Source: Candidatus Heimdallarchaeum endolithica (GTDB lineage Archaea; Asgardarchaeota; Heimdallarchaeia; Heimdallarchaeales; Heimdallarchaeaceae). From it: DNA of 64,000 bases. The translations under genes and the position numbers were made by a program. The notes below the pieces were generated by a model that did no database searches, was not told the origin of the DNA, and worked only from the letters and a program-made list of their open reading frames with translations. The stretch spans positions 64,001 to 128,000 of the forward strand of contig CP084167.1 of the NCBI GenBank assembly GCA_021513715.1. Direction: 5' to 3'. This document shows positions 33,713 to 44,723 of the stretch, piece by piece (positions within the stretch are counted from its first letter, which is position 1; every line of letters starts with the position of its first letter).

Positions 33713-34732
33713 AAAGCATGTCCAAAAATTCTTTTTCAACTACTAAACGGTACGAAGGAGTAAAAGGTAGTTGTAACAGAGGAGAGAACTATAAAGAGTA
33801 GAAAGAAAGGTGGAGGGTAAGAGATCAAGGATCAGGGGAAGAGAGAGTTTGAGAAGACTAAACCAAAGACATGTTCAATACTACTACGATACTCGGGGTG
33901 ATGATTATGGCGATAGAGACAAGGGTAGAAACGATGAGCTTGAACTATTGGCCCGAGGGGAGGAGGAGAGGGATAACGAGCATTACTTTTTGGGGGAATA
34001 ATAAATAACAAGGAAAAAGGAATGTTGGCTAAGAAGATCGACGATATTTTCTGTCTAGTAGGCACAGTCTCCATAGAATCTCAAGAAAGGTCTCAAGAGT
34101 ACAGAAGGAAGTTTCTGCCATAGCAAACCGAAGACTTTACCATCGTGAGTGTTACTAGCAGAATGAGCTAGAGAGACTATAGCTCTGGAGGGTAAACCAA
34201 CTATAAGGTGTATGTTCCAGAAAAGTTTAGTTGGGAGGTTTTCTTTAGTGTCCCTCTTGGACATTTGAGAAAACGCCAAACAGAAACTTGACGAATTTTA
34301 AAACCTGAACTATCTACAGCCATAGCTTTCAACCCTTTTTTTTCACTATTTCTCCCCTAAATCTATTATCCACTGCTCTAGGATTTTATTTTCTGTCGCT
34401 CTCCATACTGCATGAAAAATAGATTTAAAAGGAATCTTCTTCATCCACTCCTCTTCTATCAAAAAAGCGCATAAAGACATTTTTTCTTCTAATTTCCTCT
34501 AGGCTATTCCTTCTATTCTCGCAATGATTGCTATTGCTAATATCACCCATCTCTCTGCTATTCCCTTTCTCCCTCTCTTACTTTTTCTCGTTTCCTCTTC
34601 ACCAGTTTCTTAAGGAAAGGTTCATTAATGATTATGAATTCTCTTACTTTTTGGGGGTCTAAAATCTGAAAGTAAGTTATAATTCCGACATAAACCTCCA
34701 CATTAATAAAAATTAATTTTTGGACATCCTTT
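33713..34732 (-). mobile_element. IS5/IS4-like insertion sequence, second degraded copy
   Basis: Terminal repeats AAAGCATGTCCAAAAATT / AATTTTTGGACATCCTTT; colinear with 7790-8798; fragments carry GDCAY and YRSSIEHVFG. Confidence 0.87.
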
Positions 34733-35209
34733 ATTATTAATTTAAAACTAGCTGTTTAAATAATGAAAAGAAATTAGTAAAAATAAGGAGAAAAACAAAG
34801 AAAAAATATTACTCTCTATTTGCTGACTGAACTTGACAGATAGAAAAAAACATATGTATAAAGAAAGAATCAACGAATAATTGAATACTGCATAACTTTC
34901 CTGTGTGAGCTGATGATATTTCATCCAGTTTTCACAGTAGAGCGAGCAACTTCCTCGTCTAGCTTAATATTTTTTTGGTACTTTCTCTCAAATGAAATAT
35001 CACGAGAAAGATTTGTGTAAAAATGTACAAAAATCTAGTTGATGAATAAAATCAAATATTATAACAAACTTTATGTTTGAATACATTGATTTTTAAACAT
35101 ACAAATTAAAATTCGCAATATCCAAAAAAATGTGAAAAGAACAAAATCAGACAAAAATTAGAAAGCAAGTGTTTAACAAATCTAAAAAAATGTTCAAAAG
35201 AGGATTATT

Positions 35210-36622
35210 ATGTCTATGTTATTTGATGATATAGTTAAAAAGAAATATTCATGTTTATCAAATAGTAAAATAAAAAATTATCAAACGTTTAAGGATATAA
35301 ATCTGAAGGAAGAGATCCTTGAAATTTTTAACACTCTCGCAGAAGATTCTTCTTGGTCTTTTGAAAATCTTTCAAGAAAAGAAACATCTTATGTATCACA
35401 TGGATACCATAGATATCCTGCAAAATTTATTCCTCAATTAGCAAAAAGATGCATTCTATCTTATTCTAAAGAAAATGAAATTGTATGTGATCCTTTTATG
35501 GGTTGCGGAACTTCATTAGTAGAAGCATTAGTTTCAGAAAGAAAAGCTATTGGTGTTGATATCAATCCTGTAGCATGGTTAATTACAATGGCTAAAACAA
35601 CACCAATAGAACCTATAAGATTAAAAAGAGAAGTAAATAGTTTCCTATCAGACATTTATTCCTATAAATCACTTAAATATAACAAAACTAAACCATTAAT
35701 ACAAATAGATATTAAACCAGTAACTCTTGAAAATGAGAGAATAAAGTATTGGTTTCCTCAGGAGGATATTAGAAAAGATTTAGGTTTAATTCTTGGAAGA
35801 ATTAATAAAATTGAAGATGAAAATATTAAAAATTTCTTTCTGTGTGCCTTTTCACAAATTCTAAAAAATTGTTCAGTATGGTTAATGAAAAGCATTAAAC
35901 CAACAAGAGACCTTAAGAAAAAAATTGTTTCTCCTTTTCAATCTTTCAGAAAACACATAAATTATATGATGAAAGGTAATGAAGAACTATATAGAATAAT
36001 GCCTAAAAAAGTAAAAGAAAACCTAAAACAATTTTTAATTATTGAAAAAGGTGATGCTAGAAAACTTCCAATTGATTCTAACACAGTTAGCTTAATTGTT
36101 ACCTCTCCACCTTATGTAACATCTTATGAATATGCTGATTTACATCAACTAACTGCTCTTTGGTTACAATATACAGATGACATTACAGATTTTAGAGAAG
36201 GATTTATTGGTTCTATATATAAGAGAGATTTTTTGCAAGATAAAATAAAAAGTGATATAGCTGAAGACATTATTATTCAATTAGAGAAAAAATCAAAAAG
36301 ATTAAGCTTAGCAGTTAACAAATATTTTCTAGAAATGCAACAATGTTTCAAAGAAATGTTTAGAGTATTAAAAGAAGGAGGAAAAACATGTATTGTAATT
36401 GGAAATACAGAATTAAAAAAGGTAAAAATCCTAAATGCTGAGGTTTTTGTAGAGATTATGCTAAATCTTGGTTATACAGTTCATAAAATAATAAAAAGGC
36501 GAATTCCATCAAAAATACTGCCTTCAACAAGAGATTCAAAAACAGGAAGATTTACATCAAATCTAAAATCAGATAGAGTGTCATATCCTTATGAATATAT
36601 TTTAGTAATGGAAAAACCTTGA
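35210..36622 (+). CDS. Type II DNA methyltransferase, probably N4-cytosine (alpha motif order)
   Basis: HGYHRYPAKF; DPFMGCGTS precedes TSPPY. Confidence 0.88.
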   Translation: MSMLFDDIVKKKYSCLSNSKIKNYQTFKDINLKEEILEIFNTLAEDSSWSFENLSRKETSYVSHGYHRYPAKFIPQLAKRCILSYSKENEIVCDPFMGCGTSLVEALVSERKAIGVDINPVAWLITMAKTTPIEPIRLKREVNSFLSDIYSYKSLKYNKTKPLIQIDIKPVTLENERIKYWFPQEDIRKDLGLILGRINKIEDENIKNFFLCAFSQILKNCSVWLMKSIKPTRDLKKKIVSPFQSFRKHINYMMKGNEELYRIMPKKVKENLKQFLIIEKGDARKLPIDSNTVSLIVTSPPYVTSYEYADLHQLTALWLQYTDDITDFREGFIGSIYKRDFLQDKIKSDIAEDIIIQLEKKSKRLSLAVNKYFLEMQQCFKEMFRVLKEGGKTCIVIGNTELKKVKILNAEVFVEIMLNLGYTVHKIIKRRIPSKILPSTRDSKTGRFTSNLKSDRVSYPYEYILVMEKP

Positions 36623-36631
36623 GGGAATTTA

Positions 36632-37321
36632 ATGATTTTTGAAAACCTTATTGAATTATATGAAGAAAAAAAGAAGAAATATAAAAAATATACCTATAAA
36701 CATATTTCAGAATTATTAAAAGAAGCTAAGGAAATACATAAGAAAAAGTGGTTAGAAAATCCTACACCTAATAAGGATCACGAGCAATCTTGGAGAGCTT
36801 TTAAAGGAAAAAATTACGAAAAATTAATCATCTATATAATCAAAGATGAAATAGAAAGTTTGGGTTTAAAAGTAATAAATGGAAATATATTAGAAAGAAC
36901 AAGTAGTAAGAATTTGTCAAAAGAACTTAGCCAAGTAAAAAGGAATCTTCTTATTGATTATGGTGAATTTGGTTCTCATTTCCCAGATTTTGATATTGTA
37001 ATTTACAATCCTAAAGATTCAAAAGTAATAGCTGTAATTTCAAGTAAAACAACATTAAGAGAACGAATTGCACAAACTGGATATTGGAAATTAAAACTAT
37101 TGCAAGATGAAGTAACTAAACATGTTAAAGTATTTTTCATTACTCCTGATGAAGATGGAACATTGAAATCTAAAACACCAGTAAAAAAAGGTAGAGCTAT
37201 TGTAGAAATAGATACAGATGGAAGTTATATAATGAGTGAAAAAGAAGTAGAAGAAAGTGAGAAAGTAAAGATGTTTGATAAGTTTATTGAGGATTTAAAA
37301 AAATTAATAACTATAAGATAG
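36632..37321 (+). CDS. Type II restriction endonuclease, BsaWI/CCGG-core family-like
   Basis: QSWRAFKGKNYE, PDFD, SSKTTLRER; 9 bp downstream of the methyltransferase. Confidence 0.75.
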   Translation: MIFENLIELYEEKKKKYKKYTYKHISELLKEAKEIHKKKWLENPTPNKDHEQSWRAFKGKNYEKLIIYIIKDEIESLGLKVINGNILERTSSKNLSKELSQVKRNLLIDYGEFGSHFPDFDIVIYNPKDSKVIAVISSKTTLRERIAQTGYWKLKLLQDEVTKHVKVFFITPDEDGTLKSKTPVKKGRAIVEIDTDGSYIMSEKEVEESEKVKMFDKFIEDLKKLITIR

Positions 37322-37511
37322 TTAATCTATTGTTTTCATGCTTTTTGTGAAAAGTGATTATAAGCAAATCTTACTCTTAACAAAGTCCTTATGCTTAATT
37401 TTAAGTCGCTATCTTCACATATTTTAGCTTTTTAGGTTCAAAATTAGTATAAAGATACTAAAATCAAATTAATCAAAAAAGATTATTTTTAGTTGTTCAT
37501 AAATTCTTAAA

Positions 37512-39341
37512 TTACAATTCTAGTTTGTATTTTGTATCTTTTAGTTTTTTATTTTTCTTTTTGTTATTGTTAAACACTTTAGCAAATATTCCTCCAATAA
37601 CCCATTGACCTAAAATTGAACTTATCCCCAAACTTATTGTATAAGGAGGTTTTATCAAAGGAATATTTACAGAACTATTTGTTTGATTTTCATTTTGGAA
37701 AGAAAAATCTTCTATTGGATTAAGTCTATAAGTTATATTTTTGAGAGAAACATAGGTTCCTGAGCCATAAATTGTTAGTTTAATTTTTACCTCATTATAT
37801 CCTTGATAAATTTTAATATTTTCAGCAACAGATATCCTACCAGTTTCATTAAAAATTTTACTTATTGAACTATTTACTCCTATTGTTATTCCAACATTTA
37901 TTCTATCAAAAACTTCATCATAATCTGTAAGAAGAGTAAAAGACAAATTAAAAACATAATCAATTATTAATGAATAATCGTTGAAAAATACATCATAGTA
38001 ATTTAGAATGACTGCACCTAGTTGGGGAGTATAAACACTTTTCTCTGATTCTACTTCCCTAAATATACCTTTAGAAGACATTTTTGGGATTTCTGAAACA
38101 GTGAGATTAGAAGAATTGTAAATTAAGATTTTTCCTTTCCCACTATGTTCTAATTTACTATAAAAATTAACCAACAATTGTTTATTGTAGGTGTAAGTAT
38201 AGGTATTTATTTCTATTATCTCTTCTTCTCCTTGTTCATAACTCATTACTTTTCCTGTATAAATGGTATATATCCCAGAAATAATTTTAAATTCAATATA
38301 AGGAGTTACAGTTGCACCTTCAAAACCACAACTAAGATTTAAGTTTATTATTAACTCCTTAGAACTCTGCTCATTTTTTAAAATAGATATATCAAAAGTT
38401 AAATCTATTTTATCTCCTTCCCACTCTTGAGAATCAAGAATGTCTTTTTCTTTAATTGTTTCTTCTTTCTCAACTTCAATACTTAAACTAAAGCCATCTA
38501 AATGTATGATGTCAGAGCTATATCCTACAGTAAAAGAGATATTCAAAATATTTAGGTCATTTCCACAATCTAATGAGAATAATATTGTATTAAATCCAGA
38601 GCTAAAATCCTTTTCTGTAAGGTTTGAACCTATTTGAAAAGTTATTTTTCTTTCTAGTGAAGTAAACTCGTTTGTATTAAATGTAAAATTTAACTTAATT
38701 TTTGAAATGTTTGAAGTTTTTACATAGAAAAATGATTTTGCAGAAAAAGATTTTTTAGAAAAAGAATTGCCAGAAAAAGAAATAGAATAAGGAATAACAT
38801 CTGGATTGATTTTTTCTTCTGTTTCCAATGAAGGAATATCATATGAATGAAGACTTATTGTCTTGAAAAGAGTTAAATTTCCTTCTTTTCCTATGAAGCA
38901 TTGTCCTTCAAAATATATACTAATCTTGGTTTCTTCTTCAATATTCTCGCAATAAAGGCTTTTTGTAAGAGAATGAATATTATTATCTTGTAAAAGTTTG
39001 TCAATTCTAAAACTGATATTTATCAGATCATTAAAAGTTATACACAATTTTAAGCTATCATCCAAAGCTAAACTTCCACTTGTTTTAAATTTAATTTCAA
39101 AACCATATAAGCCATTTATTGAAAGATTCTGAATGAAAGAATAAGTATATTTAGAAAGCTTATCTGTAAAATTAAAGACTATATCATGAGGTATAACTAT
39201 AGTTGATTGAAGTTCATTTTTAACCTGATTATTTTCTTTATCAACTATATCATATGCTTTTACAAAATATAGTGGGGATAAGCAAAAAGTTACTATTATA
39301 ACTACAACTAAAGAAGTAAATAGTAGATTATCTCTTTTCAT
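37512..39341 (-). CDS. Secreted, C-terminally anchored beta-rich surface protein (probable start ATG 39341)
   Basis: Signal-like N-terminus, beta-strand-rich body, hydrophobic C-terminal segment followed by a Lys-rich tail. Confidence 0.7.
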   Translation of the reverse strand: MKRDNLLFTSLVVVIIVTFCLSPLYFVKAYDIVDKENNQVKNELQSTIVIPHDIVFNFTDKLSKYTYSFIQNLSINGLYGFEIKFKTSGSLALDDSLKLCITFNDLINISFRIDKLLQDNNIHSLTKSLYCENIEEETKISIYFEGQCFIGKEGNLTLFKTISLHSYDIPSLETEEKINPDVIPYSISFSGNSFSKKSFSAKSFFYVKTSNISKIKLNFTFNTNEFTSLERKITFQIGSNLTEKDFSSGFNTILFSLDCGNDLNILNISFTVGYSSDIIHLDGFSLSIEVEKEETIKEKDILDSQEWEGDKIDLTFDISILKNEQSSKELIINLNLSCGFEGATVTPYIEFKIISGIYTIYTGKVMSYEQGEEEIIEINTYTYTYNKQLLVNFYSKLEHSGKGKILIYNSSNLTVSEIPKMSSKGIFREVESEKSVYTPQLGAVILNYYDVFFNDYSLIIDYVFNLSFTLLTDYDEVFDRINVGITIGVNSSISKIFNETGRISVAENIKIYQGYNEVKIKLTIYGSGTYVSLKNITYRLNPIEDFSFQNENQTNSSVNIPLIKPPYTISLGISSILGQWVIGGIFAKVFNNNKKKNKKLKDTKYKLEL

Positions 39342-39369
39342 AAGCTTCAAATGATAATAAAAAAAATCA

Positions 39370-39385
39370 TTTATAAACCGAGAAA
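39370..39385 (-). promoter_or_regulatory. TTTC-N4-TATA promoter
   Basis: TTTC-TCGG-TTTATAAA, 28 nt before the ATG at 39341. Confidence 0.6.
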
Positions 39386-39391
39386 TATTTG

Positions 39392-41503
39392 CTATAGATT
39401 CTCTTCAATTTCGCTAGTTTTAACCGAAGTATCTGCAAAATTCTTTTTGGATATGTTTTTTCCAAAAAGTTTCTTTAATTCAAGAAATAAACTACTGTAT
39501 TTATCGTATATTTCGCTCCAATTTTCCAGCAAACTATCTGAAATATTATATTTTGAGCATATAGTTAATGGATCTTGTGTTTCTAGTTGTTGAAAAATTT
39601 GTAAAGCTTGTACATTTGTCAATTCATTTGCTTTAATATCTCTCTTTATTTGTTTATCAAAAAGCACTACTTTAGTAAAAAAGTATCTAAAATTTATGTT
39701 AGGATTTGTAGAAAACAAATGCAGGAAATAAAGAAAAGAATAAGGATGAATAAAGAATTTAGCAGATAATCTTCCTATTGTGGTAGGATTAACTTTCATT
39801 CCTTTACTCCTAACCAAAAAACCATTATCGATTAACCAGTCAATTATTCCATATTTATTTAACCAGAATTCTTTCATAAAAGGAAACATCTTTATTAGAA
39901 AACGTTGATGCCTACAAAGATAATTGCTATATTGAGACTGGCAGGAACATTGTCTTTTCTCTAAACTCATATTTACTTTGAATTTTTTTTCATTCTCTAA
40001 AATTATAAAAGAAAAATTACCTATACCTTTTTCTTGTTTTGATAAGAGCTTTAAATTTGAAGGTTTTATACCAAAAGCTTCGTCTAATTTCTCATAATAC
40101 GAGACAACTTCTTCATAATCTAAACCTGAGTATGCTTGAGAGAAAAGAGCGTAATGAACATCTTTTGAATTGAAAATCAAAAAAGCTTCTTTGTTACTAT
40201 AAAACCATAATGAATTCTCAATTTTGTTCAATAGATCATCAATTATTATTGAAACTGGCTCTTTAGAAAAAGCGATTTCAATAAGAAAATACTTAATCAG
40301 AAAATCATAATCAAAAAATTGACTTTTTAGACAACTATAGGTTGGTTTGCCATTCTGATCAAAAAGTTTGTTTTTATATTCTTTTAAATAAGCTGGTCTT
40401 ATTAAAAGCAATCCAATTCCCTTTTTTTGGAACTCAAATCTTCCTGCTCTTCCAAGTATCTGAAAAATCAAATTATTATCAACTTCTATTTGTTTTCTTT
40501 CTATAACAAGAATAGACATTTTTGCAGGTAAATTTATTCCTGCAGATAGAGTAGAAGTTGAAATTAGATAATCTATCTCTCCTGAGAGAAATAATTGCTC
40601 TATAAATACTCTAACTATATCGCTTAGTCCTGCATGATGATAAGCCACTCTCTTTGAAATAGCTTTCTTTAATTTATCAGGAAAATAAACATTTTCCATT
40701 ATAGAATTAAGGCTATTAGAGTCTATGAATAAATCTTCCAAATTTTTCTTGAGTATAACATCTTTTCTTCTTTTTGCTAATTCAACAGCTAGATTTTCAA
40801 CTTTTGATCTTGAGCTTTGAAATATAATTACAGGTAAATTGGATTTACTTTGAGAAAATATTTCTTCTATTAATGATTTTTTAATTTTCTCAATTTTTAA
40901 TTCTAAAGGGACTAAACGCTTATCAAATTGTAAGAGCTTAAAATCTAACCAATTTGCTATCTCTTCAGGATTTCCAATAGATGAAGATAAAAGAATAATC
41001 TGTGTTTTTTTATTTTTCTTAATTTTCAATAATATACTTTCAATTATTTTTCCTCTGTTATAGCCTAAAAAGTGAAATTCGTCTATCACTAACACTTTTA
41101 TGTTCTTTTTTATCTCTGGAAAGAGATTTAAGATGAAATAAAATTTTTCAAATGTACCAACTATAATATTTGCTTCCATAACTGTTTCTTTATTTAATTT
41201 TACTCCACCAACAGCTAAAAATATTTTAATCATTTTTTTTTCTGTAAAATCTGCTAAAGAGTTGAATTCTTGTATTGCAATCGCTTTATAAGGAAAAAGG
41301 AGTACTATCTTCAATTTTTTAGGAGATTGTAAAATGGTTGAATAGTTTTCTGAAATATATTGTTTAATATATTCTTTTACAAGAAAGGTTTTTCCTGTTG
41401 AAGAGGGTGAAGAAATAAGGCAATTTTCTCTTTTTCTGAAAGTGGACATACACTTCTGTTGAAAAGATTCTAGCTGTCTATGACTTAATTCTATTTTATT
41501 CAT
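39392..41503 (-). CDS. Ski2/Hel308-like SF2 helicase with inserted SWIM zinc finger
   Basis: SPSSTGKT, DEFH, YHHAGL, TSTLSAGINLPA, QILGRAGR; CSC-x7-CRH. Confidence 0.82.
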   Translation of the reverse strand: MNKIELSHRQLESFQQKCMSTFRKRENCLISSPSSTGKTFLVKEYIKQYISENYSTILQSPKKLKIVLLFPYKAIAIQEFNSLADFTEKKMIKIFLAVGGVKLNKETVMEANIIVGTFEKFYFILNLFPEIKKNIKVLVIDEFHFLGYNRGKIIESILLKIKKNKKTQIILLSSSIGNPEEIANWLDFKLLQFDKRLVPLELKIEKIKKSLIEEIFSQSKSNLPVIIFQSSRSKVENLAVELAKRRKDVILKKNLEDLFIDSNSLNSIMENVYFPDKLKKAISKRVAYHHAGLSDIVRVFIEQLFLSGEIDYLISTSTLSAGINLPAKMSILVIERKQIEVDNNLIFQILGRAGRFEFQKKGIGLLLIRPAYLKEYKNKLFDQNGKPTYSCLKSQFFDYDFLIKYFLIEIAFSKEPVSIIIDDLLNKIENSLWFYSNKEAFLIFNSKDVHYALFSQAYSGLDYEEVVSYYEKLDEAFGIKPSNLKLLSKQEKGIGNFSFIILENEKKFKVNMSLEKRQCSCQSQYSNYLCRHQRFLIKMFPFMKEFWLNKYGIIDWLIDNGFLVRSKGMKVNPTTIGRLSAKFFIHPYSFLYFLHLFSTNPNINFRYFFTKVVLFDKQIKRDIKANELTNVQALQIFQQLETQDPLTICSKYNISDSLLENWSEIYDKYSSLFLELKKLFGKNISKKNFADTSVKTSEIEENL

Positions 41504-41516
41504 TCTTTTCCCTTTT

Positions 41517-44500
41517 TTAATCTTCTTTTTTCATCCGTAGACTTTTAGAAACAACATCCTTCAACTGAATAACTAAACTATCTTTGCTTTGATCATCTAA
41601 ATCAAATACAAACGAATTATTTTCTTCCTCTATCTTAGTAATTAATTCCTTTCTTTTCTTTTTAGAGACATTTCCAAGAAAAGCTAGTTCATCAATCATT
41701 AGAATAGAATCATTGAATGGAATTGGTAATTGATTCTTCTCAAAAAACCTAACAAAAATAAGAATAAACTCTTTATCATCCAGATTGGGATAAAATTGCA
41801 TTTTTATTTTCATTAATCTTGCTATAGCTTTTCTTGTATAATCAATAAAATCGCTATTAGAAGCCTCAAGTGCATGATTGAGAGCAAGAAAAACTTGTTC
41901 CTCAGAATCAGTTAAAAACATCGATTCTAGATCATTCTTTATATTATGCTTGATATCACTTACAACTTCATCATCAAATTTAGTTTCGATATTTTCCCAC
42001 TTACCTGAATTTAGTTCTTCTTCAAGAAGTTCAGGAAGATTACTTGAGCTTCTTTCTATTTTATAAAACGAACATTTAACATGTATCTGGTCCAATAAAT
42101 TTAATCCTTTTTTCATTACCCTTTCTGCTATCTCATCAGACATTTGTTCAATAGATTCACCATCTTCTAATACATCATATAGTGAATTTAGATATTGTTC
42201 AAATTCATTTAACTCTGAATTAATATCAAAGTCTACTTTTTTTGCTTTTAAGAAGAAATCTTGTAATAAAAGGTAAAAGTCAATAATTTTACCTACTTTT
42301 TTACTTTTTCTTGAGAAAATTTGAATAGCTTTTTGTTCAACTTCCATTATTAAACTTAAAAAAGCTTCAACAGGATCTTGTTTATTTTTTAAATTGTTTC
42401 TAACTGTTTCTATGTGTTTAATAACCTCTGATTGATTTGAAGATTCCTTTCTTTCATTATGCTTTTTTTGGTAAGATTCTTCTTCAGTTTTACTAATTTT
42501 TTTTTCTTCAAAAATAGGTTTTCTCTCTTCTATTTCTTGAATATTGCTTTTTTCACTTTCTGTTATTGATTGAATTTCAAACTTAGACAACATTTTCTTT
42601 CCTAAAGGAGTTATTTTTGTCCAAAATTCTCCTTTTCTTCCTTCTTTATCTACTGTTTCATTAAAGATTAATCCTCTTAATTCTAACAATTTTACAGCGT
42701 TTTTCACTTCAGTTGTAGAATATATTGGAAAAAGATTAACCAATGATTCAGAGTTAATTCCCCTTTGAGCTTTTGAATCAAGCTTTTTTAGAATATCTAT
42801 CATAATTGGAAGAAGATTTTCCTCATCAAAGATTGGTTTAATTTCTTTTTTTTCTTTTGATTTATTTGAACTATCATCTTTTGTTTGGATAAAAGATGAA
42901 TATGCTCTAGAATTGGATTCTTTTTGTTCAGATAATGCTAGATCTTCCTTCTGTAAATAAGCAAGAAAGGGTTTTTCAAAAAAGTCCTCTCTTAAAATAA
43001 GAAAAGAATTTTGTGGAAGACGAAGAAGCATTTCTCTTTGTTCTTTTATCAAATTATGTGAATCAGAAATTAGTTTTGCGCACTTAGCAGATCGAAGATT
43101 AGCAATAATTCTATTATTTGCCAAATCAAAAGCTGTAAGAGCTAAATGAGAAGGAAAACTTGTAGTAAGTATAATATTTACAGGTAGCGAATCAAATAGT
43201 GTAAGTATTTTTGAAATAAAAGTTCTTTCAATCTCATTTGAAAAAAACAATTCAGCGTTATTAATTACAACTGTTACAGGTTTAGAAACTAAATCTGTTT
43301 GAAAAAATAAATAAAGTTGAAGTAATAAAGAATAAACGAATATTTTTTTTACTTTTATTGAATGTTTACTGAAGTCAACTACATGGTTCTGGTCTAATAA
43401 AGCTTCAATTCCATGTTTTCCATTAATATTAGTTACAGTACTAACAGAATTATCACTGATATCTGTAAAAACTGAGCGCAAAGCAGCTAACTGATAATCA
43501 GAAATTATTAATCCACCAGGTTCAGAAGTAAGCATTGTGTAAATATCATCAATAGTTACTGAACTATAATTAAAAGGAGTAAAGAGGTTATCTTCACTTT
43601 GTTCATATTCTTGAATGTAAAATTTAACTATTTCAGGAATTTGTAAAAGATTTTCATTTCTTACTTCTGTTACTTCTTTAACTATAAGTAAAAAATCACT
43701 CAAATAACGCCAATAATCTCTTTCTGTGAGTACTTTTCTCATAAACATGGGAGATAAAATGTTAAAAGTGAAATTCTCTCCTAAACTTAACTTAACATGC
43801 TTTTTTCTTATTTCTTCTTTTATATCCCCCAAAACTATGAATTTATTGTTTAAGTTTTCCAAAATTTTGGAGAGCAAAATGTTTCTTATTCTCTTATCTC
43901 CACACAAAAGAACAGGATAAGAGAAAGAGGGAGGAAAACCAATTTGTAACCCTTCTTCTGTTTTACCCAAAGAAAAAGCAGATTCTATTCTTGAAGGGGT
44001 AAAAAACACACTAGAAGTTCTCAAATCAACAGAAGGCCCAGGAAGAAAAATAGATTGGAATTCTGAATTTTTCTCTATTACTACAAATTCTTTAGCAAGT
44101 TCTGTTAGAAAGTCTTTAGATTTACTATCGACTATCGATGATTTATCTGTGACATTATAACAAACAATTTTTTCCAATAATTCTCCGGTTATTCTTCCTA
44201 CTGCTCCCAAAGATAAAAATAACTCTTTTAAATTGGATCTAACATTTTCTGCAAAATCCTCTAATAGTGTTTTCATTGAGAGAAGATTCACTGTTAGGTC
44301 ATAAGTTTTTGAAATTTTAAAAATATAATATGTCAAAAAAACATTTATTTCTTCTTGTTCCTTATTATCTAAACTTTGTCTTCCACCATTTTTTTCTTTT
44401 GTTATTTTTCGAAGTTTTGCTGGCAAAATAAACCTTTGAAGCATTATCTTTAAGCTTGAATCAATATTTAGAGGTAAAAAAAGGCTTTTAGTATCAGTTA

Positions 44501-44666
44501 CAAAAACAGTCTTTTTTTTCCCATAATCACCTTTTTTTTCAATTTCCTTCTTTTTTGGTCTAATTATAAAGGCGCAATATAATGTAATTTTATCATCTTT
44601 TTTTATAGAATATATTGCTTGATTTTTACCCTGGAATTTAGTTGTAGCAATAACTGTTCCCTTCAT
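41517..44666 (-). CDS. HerA/VirB4-like ATPase-fold protein with degenerate Walker motifs, winged HTH and charged C-terminus
   Basis: VLLCGDKRIR at the Walker A position, VVINNAE at Walker B, LTTSFPS...ANNRIIANL...LLRLP tail; wHTH ending KITPLGK. Confidence 0.6.
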   Translation of the reverse strand: MKGTVIATTKFQGKNQAIYSIKKDDKITLYCAFIIRPKKKEIEKKGDYGKKKTVFVTDTKSLFLPLNIDSSLKIMLQRFILPAKLRKITKEKNGGRQSLDNKEQEEINVFLTYYIFKISKTYDLTVNLLSMKTLLEDFAENVRSNLKELFLSLGAVGRITGELLEKIVCYNVTDKSSIVDSKSKDFLTELAKEFVVIEKNSEFQSIFLPGPSVDLRTSSVFFTPSRIESAFSLGKTEEGLQIGFPPSFSYPVLLCGDKRIRNILLSKILENLNNKFIVLGDIKEEIRKKHVKLSLGENFTFNILSPMFMRKVLTERDYWRYLSDFLLIVKEVTEVRNENLLQIPEIVKFYIQEYEQSEDNLFTPFNYSSVTIDDIYTMLTSEPGGLIISDYQLAALRSVFTDISDNSVSTVTNINGKHGIEALLDQNHVVDFSKHSIKVKKIFVYSLLLQLYLFFQTDLVSKPVTVVINNAELFFSNEIERTFISKILTLFDSLPVNIILTTSFPSHLALTAFDLANNRIIANLRSAKCAKLISDSHNLIKEQREMLLRLPQNSFLILREDFFEKPFLAYLQKEDLALSEQKESNSRAYSSFIQTKDDSSNKSKEKKEIKPIFDEENLLPIMIDILKKLDSKAQRGINSESLVNLFPIYSTTEVKNAVKLLELRGLIFNETVDKEGRKGEFWTKITPLGKKMLSKFEIQSITESEKSNIQEIEERKPIFEEKKISKTEEESYQKKHNERKESSNQSEVIKHIETVRNNLKNKQDPVEAFLSLIMEVEQKAIQIFSRKSKKVGKIIDFYLLLQDFFLKAKKVDFDINSELNEFEQYLNSLYDVLEDGESIEQMSDEIAERVMKKGLNLLDQIHVKCSFYKIERSSSNLPELLEEELNSGKWENIETKFDDEVVSDIKHNIKNDLESMFLTDSEEQVFLALNHALEASNSDFIDYTRKAIARLMKIKMQFYPNLDDKEFILIFVRFFEKNQLPIPFNDSILMIDELAFLGNVSKKKRKELITKIEEENNSFVFDLDDQSKDSLVIQLKDVVSKSLRMKKED

Positions 44667-44690
44667 CAGCTAAATTATAAACAAAATTGT

Positions 44691-44706
44691 TTTTAAAAGA
44701 GAGAAA
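44691..44706 (-). promoter_or_regulatory. TTTC-N4-TATA promoter
   Basis: TTTC-TCTC-TTTTAAAA, 24 nt before the ATG at 44666. Confidence 0.6.
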
Positions 44707-44723
44707 ATTTGGATATGCTTAGT

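Noticed and set aside
34800-35100. Possible ncRNA or gene remnant upstream of the methyltransferase
   Set aside because: Only short stop-interrupted frames and an isolated TGATGA; no convincing structure or family
35210-37321. Inferring the R-M target from CCGG avoidance
   Set aside because: CCGG does occur (for example ~2883, ~31598, ~44185) and I cannot count it reliably against background by eye
37512-39350. Fusexin/HAP2-like fusogen
   Set aside because: Context is suggestive, but I see no recognisable fusexin motif or cysteine pattern; structure prediction would be needed
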